DNA of 64,000 bases from positions 8,890 to 72,889 of the forward strand of contig CAWDQD010000009.1 of the NCBI GenBank assembly GCA_963804385.1, given 5' to 3'. The translations under genes and the position numbers were made by a program. Source of the stretch: an uncultured Candidatus Micrarchaeota archaeon (lineage in GTDB: Archaea > Micrarchaeota > Micrarchaeia > Anstonellales > Bilamarchaeaceae). Shown one piece after another: positions 47,722-58,285 of this stretch (its first letter is position 1; each line of letters begins with the position of its first letter). The notes beneath the pieces are model-generated. The model had not been told where the DNA came from, did no database searches, and worked only from the letters and a program-made list of their open reading frames with translations.

Positions 47722-48849
47722 TCATTGTCGGCGGGTGACGAGCTGCGCGAGAACCTTTCCCGGTTCATGCGGCTTATGCGCAGGCCTTAAGTGCGGAAGG
47801 ACTGTTCCGGCATCGAGTTTTCTGGCGGAAATCCTGTTATGGGCATCCGTCGCGGCTTTGTAGGTATCGGTTCCGGGTTTCTCGTGCAGGATGATCTTCC
47901 CGAGTATCATCTGGACGCGGTCGTCACCTATCCTGCCAAGGCCATCCACCGCATCTTCCTTGAGGCTCTGGCTTCCGATTTTGAGGGCATGCAAGAGCGC
48001 ATTCTCAGCGCTCCATTTGATAGTATCTAGGTTCTGCTTATCCTCGAAATCGATGAAAAGCTCGTCGAGCTGATCCGGTCGTTTCGCGAAAGAAGCGAGT
48101 TGGTGCGCAGCGGATTTAACTTCCATGCTTTCAGCATCGTAGCCTATCTTCCATTTGAGTATCGTCTCAATCGCCGCATATGTCATATCTATGAAAAGCG
48201 TCTGCGGCGAACTAGGTTCATTTGAAGTGAAATCCGCTTCTATAACCCCGGGCGCATATTTCGCGAGCAGGTGCTGTCGGTCACCCTGGGCAGCTTCGAG
48301 CTCTTTTGTGACTGCATACCTCTCGCAAGCCTTCCTGGCAATCTTCCTGACATCCGGATCCCTGTCATTCTGCGCGGCTTCGACCGCTGCAACCACATCT
48401 TTGCTGTCCACATTGCTGAGAGCGATATCTGCGGCGCACTTCCTACTGTCATTGTCGCCCGACTTGATGGCTTCTATGAAAGCCAAGCCAGCGATCTTCG
48501 CGAAGAACTCGTTGTCCACGCCTTCAATGACTTTGCCGGAATTCATTCTAGCCACTTCAGCCGCGATTCTCACAACGTATATGTACGTGTTTTCGTTTCT
48601 TGGGTCGCGGAGCACCCCGATCAAGAACTCATACAGTTTTTTGGCGTCTGAATAATCATTAAGCTTGTCCAAGCCCTCCTTCATGGCTCTGGCCGTAAGA
48701 ATGTCGCCCTTTAGCATCGCTTCGATGGTGCCTTTCCAGATGGCAGCGACCTGCTCACCGCTAGGTCTGCCCGAGAGAATATTTTTGGCGCAGGCCAAGG
48801 CAGCATTATCGCCTTTGGCTATGCCTTCACTGAGTTGCGTATTATCCAT
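47722..48849 (-). CDS. HEAT-repeat-containing hypothetical protein
   Basis: AAQNDRDPDVRKIARKA and LKEDAVDGLGRIGDDRVQMIL. Confidence 0.7.
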   Translation of the reverse strand: MDNTQLSEGIAKGDNAALACAKNILSGRPSGEQVAAIWKGTIEAMLKGDILTARAMKEGLDKLNDYSDAKKLYEFLIGVLRDPRNENTYIYVVRIAAEVARMNSGKVIEGVDNEFFAKIAGLAFIEAIKSGDNDSRKCAADIALSNVDSKDVVAAVEAAQNDRDPDVRKIARKACERYAVTKELEAAQGDRQHLLAKYAPGVIEADFTSNEPSSPQTLFIDMTYAAIETILKWKIGYDAESMEVKSAAHQLASFAKRPDQLDELFIDFEDKQNLDTIKWSAENALLHALKIGSQSLKEDAVDGLGRIGDDRVQMILGKIILHEKPGTDTYKAATDAHNRISARKLDAGTVLPHLRPAHKPHEPGKVLAQLVTRRQ

Positions 48850-48995
48850 CTTAACCGATACCTTTTGGGATTACTGGTATTATACTGTTATTTATTTAGA
48901 ACTTTCATGTATTTAAGGGTTTCGTTTTTCTATAAAATCCCCTAGTGACGTATATCCAGCAAAGTATCTAATACCTTGATACTCAAGTTCTAATC

Positions 48996-49457
48996 ATGCA
49001 GGATTTGAGCAGATTCAGCTTCGGCGCGACCTCTGCGATTACCGGAAGCCTGGCCCTAATGATCGGGTTGGACCAGCTCGCGGTCTCCAAACTGGGGATA
49101 ATAGGCGCGCTGCTGGTCCTCGCGATCTCCGATAATATCGCGGACTCGCTGGGGATGCACATCTACGCGGAATCGAAATCGAAGGACCATACGCATGTCA
49201 ATACGCTGACGAATTATCTGACCCGTCTGGTCGTAGCGCTCATCCTGGTGGTTTTTGTGGTCGTATTGCCATTGACCTATGCGATCGCCGCATCGTTAGT
49301 GTTCAGCCTGATGGTGATCGGGGTGCTGAGCTATCTCATCGCGAAATCCCATGGCATGAACCCGAGCCGTGTCGTGGCCGAGCATCTGATCGTGTTGATA
49401 CTGGTAGTTTTCGCGAGCCAGGTCATAGGCTCATCGATCAGAGCGTTGTTCGCTTGA
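48996..49457 (+). CDS. Short VIT1/CCC1-like membrane protein
   Basis: FSFGATSA, LAISDNIADSLGMH; five TM helices. Confidence 0.75.
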   Translation: MQDLSRFSFGATSAITGSLALMIGLDQLAVSKLGIIGALLVLAISDNIADSLGMHIYAESKSKDHTHVNTLTNYLTRLVVALILVVFVVVLPLTYAIAASLVFSLMVIGVLSYLIAKSHGMNPSRVVAEHLIVLILVVFASQVIGSSIRALFA

Positions 49458-49504
49458 CCAGCGTTCGGGTCTATGTTTTTAATAACGAAGAAACCATATC
49501 TACC

Positions 49505-50812
49505 ATGGCGATTTCTCCATTCGAAGAGAGATACCGGACAGAGATGAACGCGATTTTCGACGAGGAGGCGAAGCTCCGCAGATGGATGGCTGTAGAAGTG
49601 GCGCTGGCGAAAGCGCATGCCAAGCTCGGGAACATCCCTAAAGACGCTCCGGGAAAGATAGAAGCCGCTGCCAAGAATGTCCAGCTCAAGAGGGTGCTTG
49701 AGATAGAAGCCGAGATACATCATGATCTCATGGCCATGGTGAAGGCGCTCACCGAGCAGGCAGGGGATGCTGGCAAATACGTGCATCTGGGCGCCACGAG
49801 CTATGACATAGAGGATACGGCTACAGGCATGATATTCGTAGAAGCCATGGAGCTGATCGGAAAGCGCATGGCTGCGTTGGGTACGGTCCTGAAAAAACTC
49901 GCGTTGGATCACAAAGAGACTGTATGCATAGGACGGACCCATGGCCAGCATGCCGTGCCGACCACGTATGGCATGAAGTTCGCTTTATACTACAAAGAGC
50001 TCCAGAGGGATATCGAACGTCTGGATGCCGCTAAGAAACGCATCGCCGTGGGCAAGATGTCCGGAGCTGTCGGGACCATGGCGACATTCGGCAAAGACGG
50101 CCCGAAGATACAATCCATGGTCATGAAGGAGCTGGATCTCCAGCCTCCAGCGGTCACGAACCAGGTCATACAGCGAGACCGCCATGCGGAAGCTTTATTC
50201 GTGCTGGCACTCACTGCAGCCCTATGCGAGAAGATGGCCAAGGAGATCAGGAACCTCCAGCGGAGCGAGATCCTCGAGATATCCGAGGCGTTCTCGGCCA
50301 AGCAGGTCGGTTCCTCCACCATGCCTCAGAAGCGCAACCCCCATAGGAGCGAGCGGGTATGTTCGCTTGCGCGCCTGGCGAGGGGCAATGTCCAGACCGC
50401 ATTGGAGAACATCCCCCTCGAGCACGAGCGCGATCTCACCAACAGCGCGAACGAGCGGGCGATTTTCGGCGAAAGCTTCGTGTGCGTGGATTACATGCTC
50501 ATCGAGATGGCGAATATACTATCCGGCCTGGTTTTCTACCCCGAGAACATCAAGGCCAACCTCGAGCATACCAAAGGCCTCATAATGTCCGAACGCCTGA
50601 TGATCGCGCTGACGGAAAGGGGCACGGGCAGGCAGGAGGCGCACGAGCTTGTCCGCACCCTAGCGCAGGAGGCGTTCTCCAAGAGCAGGAACCTGAAAGA
50701 CCTGGTCCTGGAGCGCAAGGTCCTTCCCAAGGATGATGCGGAGAAGGTTTTCGACTATGCCACGTACATAGGGAACGCGGTCAAGATTGTCGAGGAAGCG
50801 GTAAAGGATTGA
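49505..50812 (+). CDS. purB: Adenylosuccinate lyase
   Basis: HLGATSYD, GRTHGQHA, GSSTMPQKRNP signature. Confidence 0.97.
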   Translation: MAISPFEERYRTEMNAIFDEEAKLRRWMAVEVALAKAHAKLGNIPKDAPGKIEAAAKNVQLKRVLEIEAEIHHDLMAMVKALTEQAGDAGKYVHLGATSYDIEDTATGMIFVEAMELIGKRMAALGTVLKKLALDHKETVCIGRTHGQHAVPTTYGMKFALYYKELQRDIERLDAAKKRIAVGKMSGAVGTMATFGKDGPKIQSMVMKELDLQPPAVTNQVIQRDRHAEALFVLALTAALCEKMAKEIRNLQRSEILEISEAFSAKQVGSSTMPQKRNPHRSERVCSLARLARGNVQTALENIPLEHERDLTNSANERAIFGESFVCVDYMLIEMANILSGLVFYPENIKANLEHTKGLIMSERLMIALTERGTGRQEAHELVRTLAQEAFSKSRNLKDLVLERKVLPKDDAEKVFDYATYIGNAVKIVEEAVKD

Positions 50813-51773
50813 CCTGCTGGCCCTCTTCAAGCAAGAATCCGTACGCTTTCGGGTTGATCATTTTGAAAGGGCAGGGTGTCGGGGCCGGACTCTGATCAGC
50901 CATACTTCTCCAAAAATTCAATCCCCATTTGCCGAACTCGTTGGGTTCGAAAATCCCCCGTTCACTCCTTCCGCTCGCCAATAAACTATAGACGATAGGA
51001 TAGATCCCGAACAACCCCGCATCAACGATTTCCTTTCGTTTCGGTATGAGCGCTTCGCATTCTCCAGGGTATAAGTTCCTCGCGACCCGCACTATCTCCA
51101 ATGCCTGTATCAATGAAAGGATTTCGAGGCTATGGATCGCATGCCTGGCGCTAATTGACAATAGCGAGATGTCGATGGCCCTGGTCTCGAAAAATACCGT
51201 GGAGCCATGCGAGACATGGTAATTGAATTCCGGATGGGCGATGGCTATGCCTTTTCCAAACGCCTCTGCCTCTATTCTCGCCAAATCCGGGTTGAACTCG
51301 CGTTCCAACCGATCCACTGTATCCCTGAAATTGGTCGCCGCTACCTGGGATTCTGCTTTCAACCTGTAAAACTCCCGCATCGCATTCCTGCGCCGTTCTA
51401 TCACGCCAGTCTCATCATCCACGAAATCCGAATAGGTAGCGGTATGGACTTTACCATGCCTGCGGAAGAACCTAAACTCGCGTGCATTGCAGAAATTCTC
51501 CGGGAAGAGCGACTTTGCTACGACGAGACTCAAAAATTTATATAGATGATAATGCAGTTCGGACGAATCAAATCCATACGTGCGGCTGCATCCATGAAAC
51601 CCTATCCCGAACTCCTGCGAATGCCCTGCTTGATACTCTTCGACGATCTGCAGCCTCTCCACCATCCCATCGTATGGCGAGGATGGCGCACGTATCCTGC
51701 TGACGCGTGCCTCATCGGTCTTGCACATCAGCTTGCGCTTCCCGTCCACAGGCTGCGCGTATTTTATGAGCAT
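50781..51773 (-). CDS. Hypothetical protein, possibly a highly divergent kinase-like fold
   Basis: 330-aa ORF with its own TATA promoter; GIAIAHPEFN...TVFFE loosely resembles catalytic-loop/DFG spacing. Confidence 0.6.
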   Translation of the reverse strand: MLIKYAQPVDGKRKLMCKTDEARVSRIRAPSSPYDGMVERLQIVEEYQAGHSQEFGIGFHGCSRTYGFDSSELHYHLYKFLSLVVAKSLFPENFCNAREFRFFRRHGKVHTATYSDFVDDETGVIERRRNAMREFYRLKAESQVAATNFRDTVDRLEREFNPDLARIEAEAFGKGIAIAHPEFNYHVSHGSTVFFETRAIDISLLSISARHAIHSLEILSLIQALEIVRVARNLYPGECEALIPKRKEIVDAGLFGIYPIVYSLLASGRSERGIFEPNEFGKWGLNFWRSMADQSPAPTPCPFKMINPKAYGFLLEEGQQVNPLPLPRQS

Positions 51774-51937
51774 ATGTTATAATTAGTGTCGAAATGATTA
51801 TAAAATGGCTGTCGGAGCCATTTTCTTTCCTGCATAACAGCATACTATCCAATTCAGTTCCATTGAGGTGGCGGTCAAGGATTGATTTTTATATGATGCG
51901 TTACATGTCTATACCAATTCGACCAGAGGGATAGCAA

Positions 51938-52753
51938 ATGGCTGTGATTTCCGGATCAAAGATGTACATATATGCTGCTATAGGGGTTGGGCTCCTTGGT
52001 GCCCTGTTCTCTCTAGTGGGCGGTGGCGGACCGCTTTCGATAATTGGAGGCCTTCTATGCCTTATCGGATCGGCATTGGGGGTCATGTTCTGGAAATTCG
52101 GATATATTTTCGTCCCTCTCATCACGCAGAGGACTAACATAATCATGATGAGCGACCTCGGTTATGAGGTCCCCCCGGCCCAAGACGTCATAATCAAGAG
52201 CGTCAACGGCGTTTTCTATGCTTCGGCGTTCCTCGGTCTTAGCATATTCGAGTCGGCGACGGAGAAAAGCAGCGAGGAGACGATCGCATACAGCCAGTTC
52301 TTCGAGAGGGCGATATCGAACATCAAATACGTCACCAAGATAGCATACATGCTCTATGTCGAGGATGTGGGCGAGAAGAGGAAGGTCATAGAGACCCGAA
52401 GAGCGGAATCCCAGCTGCGATTGGCCCGCGAACGCGACAAGCCACAGCCTGACGTGCTCAGGATAGACAAATACGAGCGCGAGGTCGCCATATGGGACAA
52501 CCAGCTCCAGCGCCTGATCAAGGGCGTGAAGCCCATGGGCATAATAGCATACGCCCAGACTTGCGCAGTCGGCCTCAGCAAGGATGCTGCGGTCGCATTG
52601 GCTAGGACCCAGGCGAACGAGCTCAAGACCGTGCTGGCCAACGCGCTCAACGTCGAAGTCGTGACGCTCACAGGAGACGAGATGCTCAAATGCTTCGAAT
52701 GGGAGAGATTCTACCCAGTGACGGCGCAGGAGCTTGAAGAGAGCGTGGTTTAA
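51938..52753 (+). CDS. Membrane protein resembling PrgI/TrsD-type VirB4 partner (VirB4 N-terminal-like domain)
   Basis: Two N-terminal TM; EKSSEETIAYSQFFERAISNI and LANALNVEVVTLTGDEML...FYP patterns; 2 bp upstream of the ATPase. Confidence 0.65.
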   Translation: MAVISGSKMYIYAAIGVGLLGALFSLVGGGGPLSIIGGLLCLIGSALGVMFWKFGYIFVPLITQRTNIIMMSDLGYEVPPAQDVIIKSVNGVFYASAFLGLSIFESATEKSSEETIAYSQFFERAISNIKYVTKIAYMLYVEDVGEKRKVIETRRAESQLRLARERDKPQPDVLRIDKYEREVAIWDNQLQRLIKGVKPMGIIAYAQTCAVGLSKDAAVALARTQANELKTVLANALNVEVVTLTGDEMLKCFEWERFYPVTAQELEESVV

Positions 52754-52755
52754 AG

Positions 52756-54339
52756 ATGGCAATCGGCGGAAGGCTCAAGCTAGTCAAGCTCTCCAACAGC
52801 GCTATTTCCAGGCGCAACCCGCTCGTGCGGCCCCCGGAGCCACCCATGGAGGTGCTCTTCGGGGATCCCACCAACTCGATTTACATCGGCAGGACGAAGG
52901 TCTTCAACGTCCCGTTCTACTGGACGTACGAGAATGTCGCGAACCCGCACATCGCCGTGGTCGGGATCTCAGGTTCAGGTAAATCATATTTCATCAAGAC
53001 CTTCCTCCTACGTTCAGCTTTCGTATGGAACAGCAACGCGCTCATAATAGACTGGGCCGGGGAGTACAAGGACTGGGTCAAGCAGACGAACGGCAAGGTC
53101 ATCTCCCTAGGAAAGGGGTCGTACCTCAATCTGCTCGATCTAGGCGGCATGAAGCCGTACGACCGCATCAAGCAGATCATCCGGACGCTCGAGCTGCTAA
53201 CAGACATATCGCAATACCCGGAGCAGAGGCGGCTCACCGAGCAGGCCATCGAAAAGGTCTACATGGAAGGAAAGTTCAAGATGGACGCTTACGAGCAGAA
53301 AGACGAGCTCGGAAAGCCTCTCGCCGCACCGACGCTCAAAGACGTCGTCCGGGTGCTGACCGAGACCGCGCAGGTCGGCTCGTACGAGTTCCCGGCAGAG
53401 CTCGAGAACGCCATCTACCGGCTCAAGCAGTTCACCAAGCCCGGCGAGGATTTCTTCGCCCAGCAGAGCACTGTCCGACTGGACGAGATCATAAGCTCGG
53501 GGCTCGTGGATCTCGACCTCTCGGGGCTTCCTGACGAGACGGCGCGTGCCCTGGCAGCGCTTACGCTCCTCCAATTCATCAAGGAGAAGATGCGCCTCGA
53601 AGGGTGGTCCAATGTCAAGGGTCTCCGGCTGCTCATAGTCCTGGATGAGGCCTGGAAGATAGGCAAGGAGGACAACTCCGACGCGGTCATGATCGTCCGT
53701 GAAGGCCGTAAATACAACTTCGGCATGATAATCGCGTCCCAGAACCCCACGGACATAAGCGAAGCCATATTCAGCAACGTGGGCACGACATTCATACTCA
53801 AGGTGAAATTCGAGAAATTCCTGGATTACCTGCAGGGTTCCCTGAATTTCTCCAATTATATGCGTGATGAGATCAGCCGCCTGGGTGTAGGCCAGTGCGC
53901 GGTCAACATGTCGCTCACACTTCCGATCCCCTACCCATCCACATTCCTTGTGGATAGGATCGAAGGCGAGGAGCCTAGCAAGGAGTACTTCCTGGATCTC
54001 ACCGGGGTGCTCACAGACAAACAGAGGAGGGATGTGTCCGTGTCAAGAAGCGTCTCGTTCCTGAAGGAGGATTTCAGGAGGAAGCTGAGGCAATTCGGCC
54101 TCTTGGATGATAAGATAGAGGAGCTCACGAAGCTTTTCGAGAAAGGCAACCGCCGCATGGATGTCGTTTCGTTCGTCATACTGCTCGAGCGCGACGGTAT
54201 CGCGAGGCGCAACATCAGCGATTTCCTGAAGGATGCCGGTCTGGATGACATAACGATAATCAACATCTTCGGCAAGGTAGACCTCAAGAAGAGCGGCGGG
54301 GTAGGCCGTGAGATAAGCCAGGTAGTGCTAGAGGAGTGA
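52756..54339 (+). CDS. VirB4/HerA-like (DUF87) ATPase
   Basis: NPHIAVVGISGSGKS Walker A, LIIDWAGEY, LIVLDEAW Walker B, REGRKY arginine finger, IASQ. Confidence 0.92.
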   Translation: MAIGGRLKLVKLSNSAISRRNPLVRPPEPPMEVLFGDPTNSIYIGRTKVFNVPFYWTYENVANPHIAVVGISGSGKSYFIKTFLLRSAFVWNSNALIIDWAGEYKDWVKQTNGKVISLGKGSYLNLLDLGGMKPYDRIKQIIRTLELLTDISQYPEQRRLTEQAIEKVYMEGKFKMDAYEQKDELGKPLAAPTLKDVVRVLTETAQVGSYEFPAELENAIYRLKQFTKPGEDFFAQQSTVRLDEIISSGLVDLDLSGLPDETARALAALTLLQFIKEKMRLEGWSNVKGLRLLIVLDEAWKIGKEDNSDAVMIVREGRKYNFGMIIASQNPTDISEAIFSNVGTTFILKVKFEKFLDYLQGSLNFSNYMRDEISRLGVGQCAVNMSLTLPIPYPSTFLVDRIEGEEPSKEYFLDLTGVLTDKQRRDVSVSRSVSFLKEDFRRKLRQFGLLDDKIEELTKLFEKGNRRMDVVSFVILLERDGIARRNISDFLKDAGLDDITIINIFGKVDLKKSGGVGREISQVVLEE

Positions 54340-54346
54340 ATTTGAT

Positions 54347-54847
54347 ATGAAAATCTGCATCTCATGCCAGAAGGATGTCGAAGGCAAGAAGGCATACCCG
54401 GTCAAATGGGACCGGTTCCTCAACCTCATCCTTGTGATCAAGAAGAAGCTCCATGTGGCTCAGATGAACGAGCTATACGTCTGCGAAGATTGCCTCCAGA
54501 AGCACCAGGAGCGCAGGAGCGCCTTCGAGCGGAGCATGATGCTCGCAGGGGTGCTGGCAGGCATAATCATCCTCCTCATCCTATCCACATTCATCCTGGG
54601 CGGGAAATTCGATGCATTCGCCTTCTTCGCAGGAATACTCCTGGCGCTGGTGATGCTCCTGTTCCCACTTTTCAGGTATGCACCCGCGGTAGAGGGCATG
54701 CAGGTGAAACCCTTCGGCAAGCAGTTCTCCATCCCTTTCATATCGAAACCGGTCAAGGCCGAACCCGTTCCCAATCCAGAGCCGGTTAAAGCGCCCGCCA
54801 AAAAAGCATACAAACCAAAGCAGAAAAAGAAGAAAGAGGTGCTCTGA
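54347..54847 (+). CDS. Membrane protein with CxxC...CxxC motifs and two TM
   Basis: CISC and CEDC; two long hydrophobic helices; basic tail. Confidence 0.8.
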   Translation: MKICISCQKDVEGKKAYPVKWDRFLNLILVIKKKLHVAQMNELYVCEDCLQKHQERRSAFERSMMLAGVLAGIIILLILSTFILGGKFDAFAFFAGILLALVMLLFPLFRYAPAVEGMQVKPFGKQFSIPFISKPVKAEPVPNPEPVKAPAKKAYKPKQKKKKEVL

Positions 54848-55635
54848 TGCCGCTTCCGATACCCCAGAAAACAGATCAGAAACCCGGAATGCAGAAACCA
54901 GCAGCGGGGGCCAAGGAGGAGAGCCACCCGCCCCAGGTCGATGGGTTCAAGCTCAAGGGCAAGCTCGAGAAGGGCAAGCTCAAGGACCTGACGAATGTCC
55001 TGCGCTCGATATCGTTCCTCGAGATAGCTTCGGAGAAGGATGCGCTCAATGTCATATACGTAGAGAGCCGGGACATAAACAAGAACCCCTACCTATTCTC
55101 CATCATCAAGATACGCGAGGAAGAAATCGAGGTGCTCTACACAATCCCGCCAGAGATCGGTCCCAAGAAGCGCCGCGTCGATGTCGTCAGATACCTGCTC
55201 AACATACTCTCGCTCATGGAATCGTATTATAGCGTGGATAACAAGACACTCTACCAGCTCGTCGAGGACGCCATAAAGGAGCTCGCAGGCTCCGTTACGA
55301 TGGATTACACAAAGCTCTATACGGCATACGATTCGATGAAGAAAGAGGTGGCGGATTACACGAAGAAGATAGATCGGCTCACCGAGCAGAGCCAGGCGCT
55401 CACATCCCAGAATTACGAGCTAAAAACGCAGAACGATGAGATCCGCCTCCGCCTGAAGCAGCTCGAAGGGATGTCGGACGATTCGCTCAAAACGAAGCTC
55501 CAGGAATGGATATCTGAGCACAACGGCTCGATAAGCATCCCGGATTTCTCCAAGAACTATAAGGTGGCGGACGGGCGTGTTGAGGATATGCTCAACAAAC
55601 TCGTCAGCGAAGGATACATAGAAGTAATACAATAG
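54847..55635 (+). CDS. Coiled-coil protein with C-terminal winged-helix-like segment
   Basis: Heptads YDSMKKEVADYTKKIDRLTEQ...; VEDMLNKLVSEGYI. Confidence 0.8.
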   Translation: MPLPIPQKTDQKPGMQKPAAGAKEESHPPQVDGFKLKGKLEKGKLKDLTNVLRSISFLEIASEKDALNVIYVESRDINKNPYLFSIIKIREEEIEVLYTIPPEIGPKKRRVDVVRYLLNILSLMESYYSVDNKTLYQLVEDAIKELAGSVTMDYTKLYTAYDSMKKEVADYTKKIDRLTEQSQALTSQNYELKTQNDEIRLRLKQLEGMSDDSLKTKLQEWISEHNGSISIPDFSKNYKVADGRVEDMLNKLVSEGYIEVIQ

Positions 55636-55648
55636 GTACAGGATCTTT

Positions 55649-58207
55649 ATGCCTGATCTGGCGAGCACGAAAATCAAGAGAAAAATATACCGCTTTGAAA
55701 TTAAGCGGCGCTACACGTACGAAGGCCACTATCGCATCAAGGAGCGGCCTCCTATTGAGCGCATAAAGGATGCCCTCCGCAGCTTCACGGCTCCCAAGAA
55801 AGAAGAGAAGCGAGCGGTCGTCGCATCAGCTCCGCCTCCAGGCGGATTCAATTTCCTGGTCATGGGTGCGGCGATAGCGGTCGCCCTCATAATATTGCTG
55901 CTTGCAGGGCTATATCTCGCTGTCCAGGCGGTCCCGAGCGCCGGCGCTTTCCAGCCGGAGATAGACCGGGGTGTCATCAACGCGACCGTAGACCACGGTG
56001 AGATCCTGACGTTGGGGGATCGCATTACCCCGTCGCATGTGGCCTCGGTGTTCGTCAATTATGATACCGCGAATCTACAGAACCTCACGGTGCAGTTGAC
56101 CGCCTACGATCAACGCATCCCATCCGAGGTCTTCGTGCTCGTCTCGGATCGCTCCGAAGAGACCAAATCTTATCCCGATTTCGTGCGGATCCTGAGGTCT
56201 GACCTCGCGACGCGCCAGATACTCCTGAACGAGATCACGATACAGCAGCTTGCGACCCTTCCGGAAGGCGCCATGGTGATTGTCCCGTCGGGGGTGGTGC
56301 CTGAAGGGCTCTTAGGCGTCGACAGCCCCGTCACGATGGACAGCCTGGCAAGCAAAGGCGTCATCGTCATCTATATCGGCCAGCCTTTCACATACATGCT
56401 CAATGGCAGCCTTTCGGTACTGACGCCCCAAGACACACTCAACTCATTACCCGTTTCATTCGATGAGAGCGCAGATATCAGTTCGACCCCGGATTTCCAT
56501 CTAAAGCAGCCGCTTTACCGTGTATCCGCACTTGGCGGATGGACCGCCAACATGATCTATGGCTCCGTCAGCGTGCTGGAAAAAGGCGACGGAGCATTCA
56601 TATTCGTGCCGCAGACGTTGGATTCAGGATGGGATAACGCGACGGTGGCCGCAGACGATATCGCGACGATGGTGTTCGACACCCCGTGGATAACGCCCGA
56701 TGGCGACCCCAGCAGCTATGTGTTCACGAACCAGACGCAATATTCAGGCAGTCGTTACTTCTTCACCAACACGTTCACTCCTGCGAACGCTACGATCAAA
56801 GTGGAATTCATAGGATATCCGCTGGTTTCCAGCAATCCTGTCCGCGAGACGGTCCTGCTCAGGGCGGAATCGATGACAAGCAACGCCCTGGTGGTGGAGC
56901 AGAGCGGGCAGGTGATACCATATAACGTCACCGGGCAGCCGACCAGGATGAACGCGCGCCTGCGCGAACCAATCGCTGCGCAACCCGACATGTTCCTGAA
57001 CATATTCGATGTCAATGGCACCGAAGCGGAAAGCGTCCCAGAGGGTAACATCAATGTCCAATCCGATGAATCTTTCGATCCGCATATAGACGTCGATCGC
57101 GGCGAGTACATAGTCCGTCTCATGGACGATTCAGGCAAGGTGTACGCCCAGACCTACATGGATGTCGTTTCACCCGATATCCAATACGCCGGAGAGGATC
57201 AGCAAAAACAGTCCCTCTATAATTTCAACATCGAGCTGGCTGGCCAGCCATACACCCTCAGTGACCTGTCGGTGTCCGTAGATGAGGGCCAGTACGGCAC
57301 CTTCAAGTTCAATAATGTCAACAGCATCCAGGTGGATGTCACGAACACCGGCGGCCAGTCGCTTCCGTACGGGAACCACAGCTTCAGTTTCACGGCCGGA
57401 GATTACAAGACCGTCATCTACGTCCCCCATACCAGAGCCCAGACGCTCTTCGACAACCCCCTGTTCTGGCTGGTCGGCATCTTCACTGTCGGTATAGTAG
57501 GCATCGGCGTCTTCTTCGCCAGGCAGGAGGACGTGTTCTTCTCGATAGACATACCGGACTTCCCGCCCGTGGCTCGGACCCGGATACCATTATCGCCCGA
57601 CGTCGTCATCAGCATCTTCACTAAGATTAACGACACCTACAGATGGCAGAACACCCCCCTCACAGCCAACGAGGTCAAGAACGGTTTCAAGGACATATTC
57701 TTCCAGGGCAAGCCCATCATAATCACGGATTACAACGTCGAATACCTCCTTGATGACCTGGAGAAGAAAGGCCGGGTGAAGGAAGCGCTCGGCTACTACG
57801 GGCTCAGCGAATGGGCCGATAAGACGAAACGAAGCATGGATTATATGGCTCTGATGAGGCGCTTGAGGGACATCTGCGTCAACAACGCCATCCCCTTCAC
57901 CGGCCTTGGTGAGTCCGAGGAGGCCGATAGCGTGATAACCGTGGTCGGCCAGCAGATGTTCGTGCACTTCTTCGATAAGAGCTCGGACGTTTCCCAGATA
58001 ATCGGGAGTTCGCTATCCACGATAAGCAAGGGCATAACGATAATCCTATTCAAGAACAACAGCGAGAAGGAGGCGTTCCAGAATATGCTGGTCTCCTCGC
58101 CTTCGGCCGCGCCTATGATAACCAAGATGGAAGCGGAAGGCGGATCGTTGCAGTTCCTGACGGCCGAAGAATTCGAGAAGATGCTCATGGAATTCAAATC
58201 GATGTGA
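55649..58207 (+). CDS. Large two-TM membrane protein with about 500-aa extracellular domain
   Basis: TM near residues 70-95 and 605-625; many N-x-S/T sequons between them; about 230-aa cytoplasmic C-terminus. Confidence 0.85.
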   Translation: MPDLASTKIKRKIYRFEIKRRYTYEGHYRIKERPPIERIKDALRSFTAPKKEEKRAVVASAPPPGGFNFLVMGAAIAVALIILLLAGLYLAVQAVPSAGAFQPEIDRGVINATVDHGEILTLGDRITPSHVASVFVNYDTANLQNLTVQLTAYDQRIPSEVFVLVSDRSEETKSYPDFVRILRSDLATRQILLNEITIQQLATLPEGAMVIVPSGVVPEGLLGVDSPVTMDSLASKGVIVIYIGQPFTYMLNGSLSVLTPQDTLNSLPVSFDESADISSTPDFHLKQPLYRVSALGGWTANMIYGSVSVLEKGDGAFIFVPQTLDSGWDNATVAADDIATMVFDTPWITPDGDPSSYVFTNQTQYSGSRYFFTNTFTPANATIKVEFIGYPLVSSNPVRETVLLRAESMTSNALVVEQSGQVIPYNVTGQPTRMNARLREPIAAQPDMFLNIFDVNGTEAESVPEGNINVQSDESFDPHIDVDRGEYIVRLMDDSGKVYAQTYMDVVSPDIQYAGEDQQKQSLYNFNIELAGQPYTLSDLSVSVDEGQYGTFKFNNVNSIQVDVTNTGGQSLPYGNHSFSFTAGDYKTVIYVPHTRAQTLFDNPLFWLVGIFTVGIVGIGVFFARQEDVFFSIDIPDFPPVARTRIPLSPDVVISIFTKINDTYRWQNTPLTANEVKNGFKDIFFQGKPIIITDYNVEYLLDDLEKKGRVKEALGYYGLSEWADKTKRSMDYMALMRRLRDICVNNAIPFTGLGESEEADSVITVVGQQMFVHFFDKSSDVSQIIGSSLSTISKGITIILFKNNSEKEAFQNMLVSSPSAAPMITKMEAEGGSLQFLTAEEFEKMLMEFKSM

Positions 58208-58285
58208 CATTCGTTTATGGGCAGCTGAATTGTGTAATATTATGGAAAAGAAAGGTTTATAAGTAGTTTTGGCTTATAGTCATCC

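Noticed and set aside
52756..54339. HerA-NurA repair module or HerA-based defence system
   Set aside because: No nurA/mre11/rad50, sirtuin or nuclease partner; the neighbours are membrane proteins and no HAS barrel is evident.
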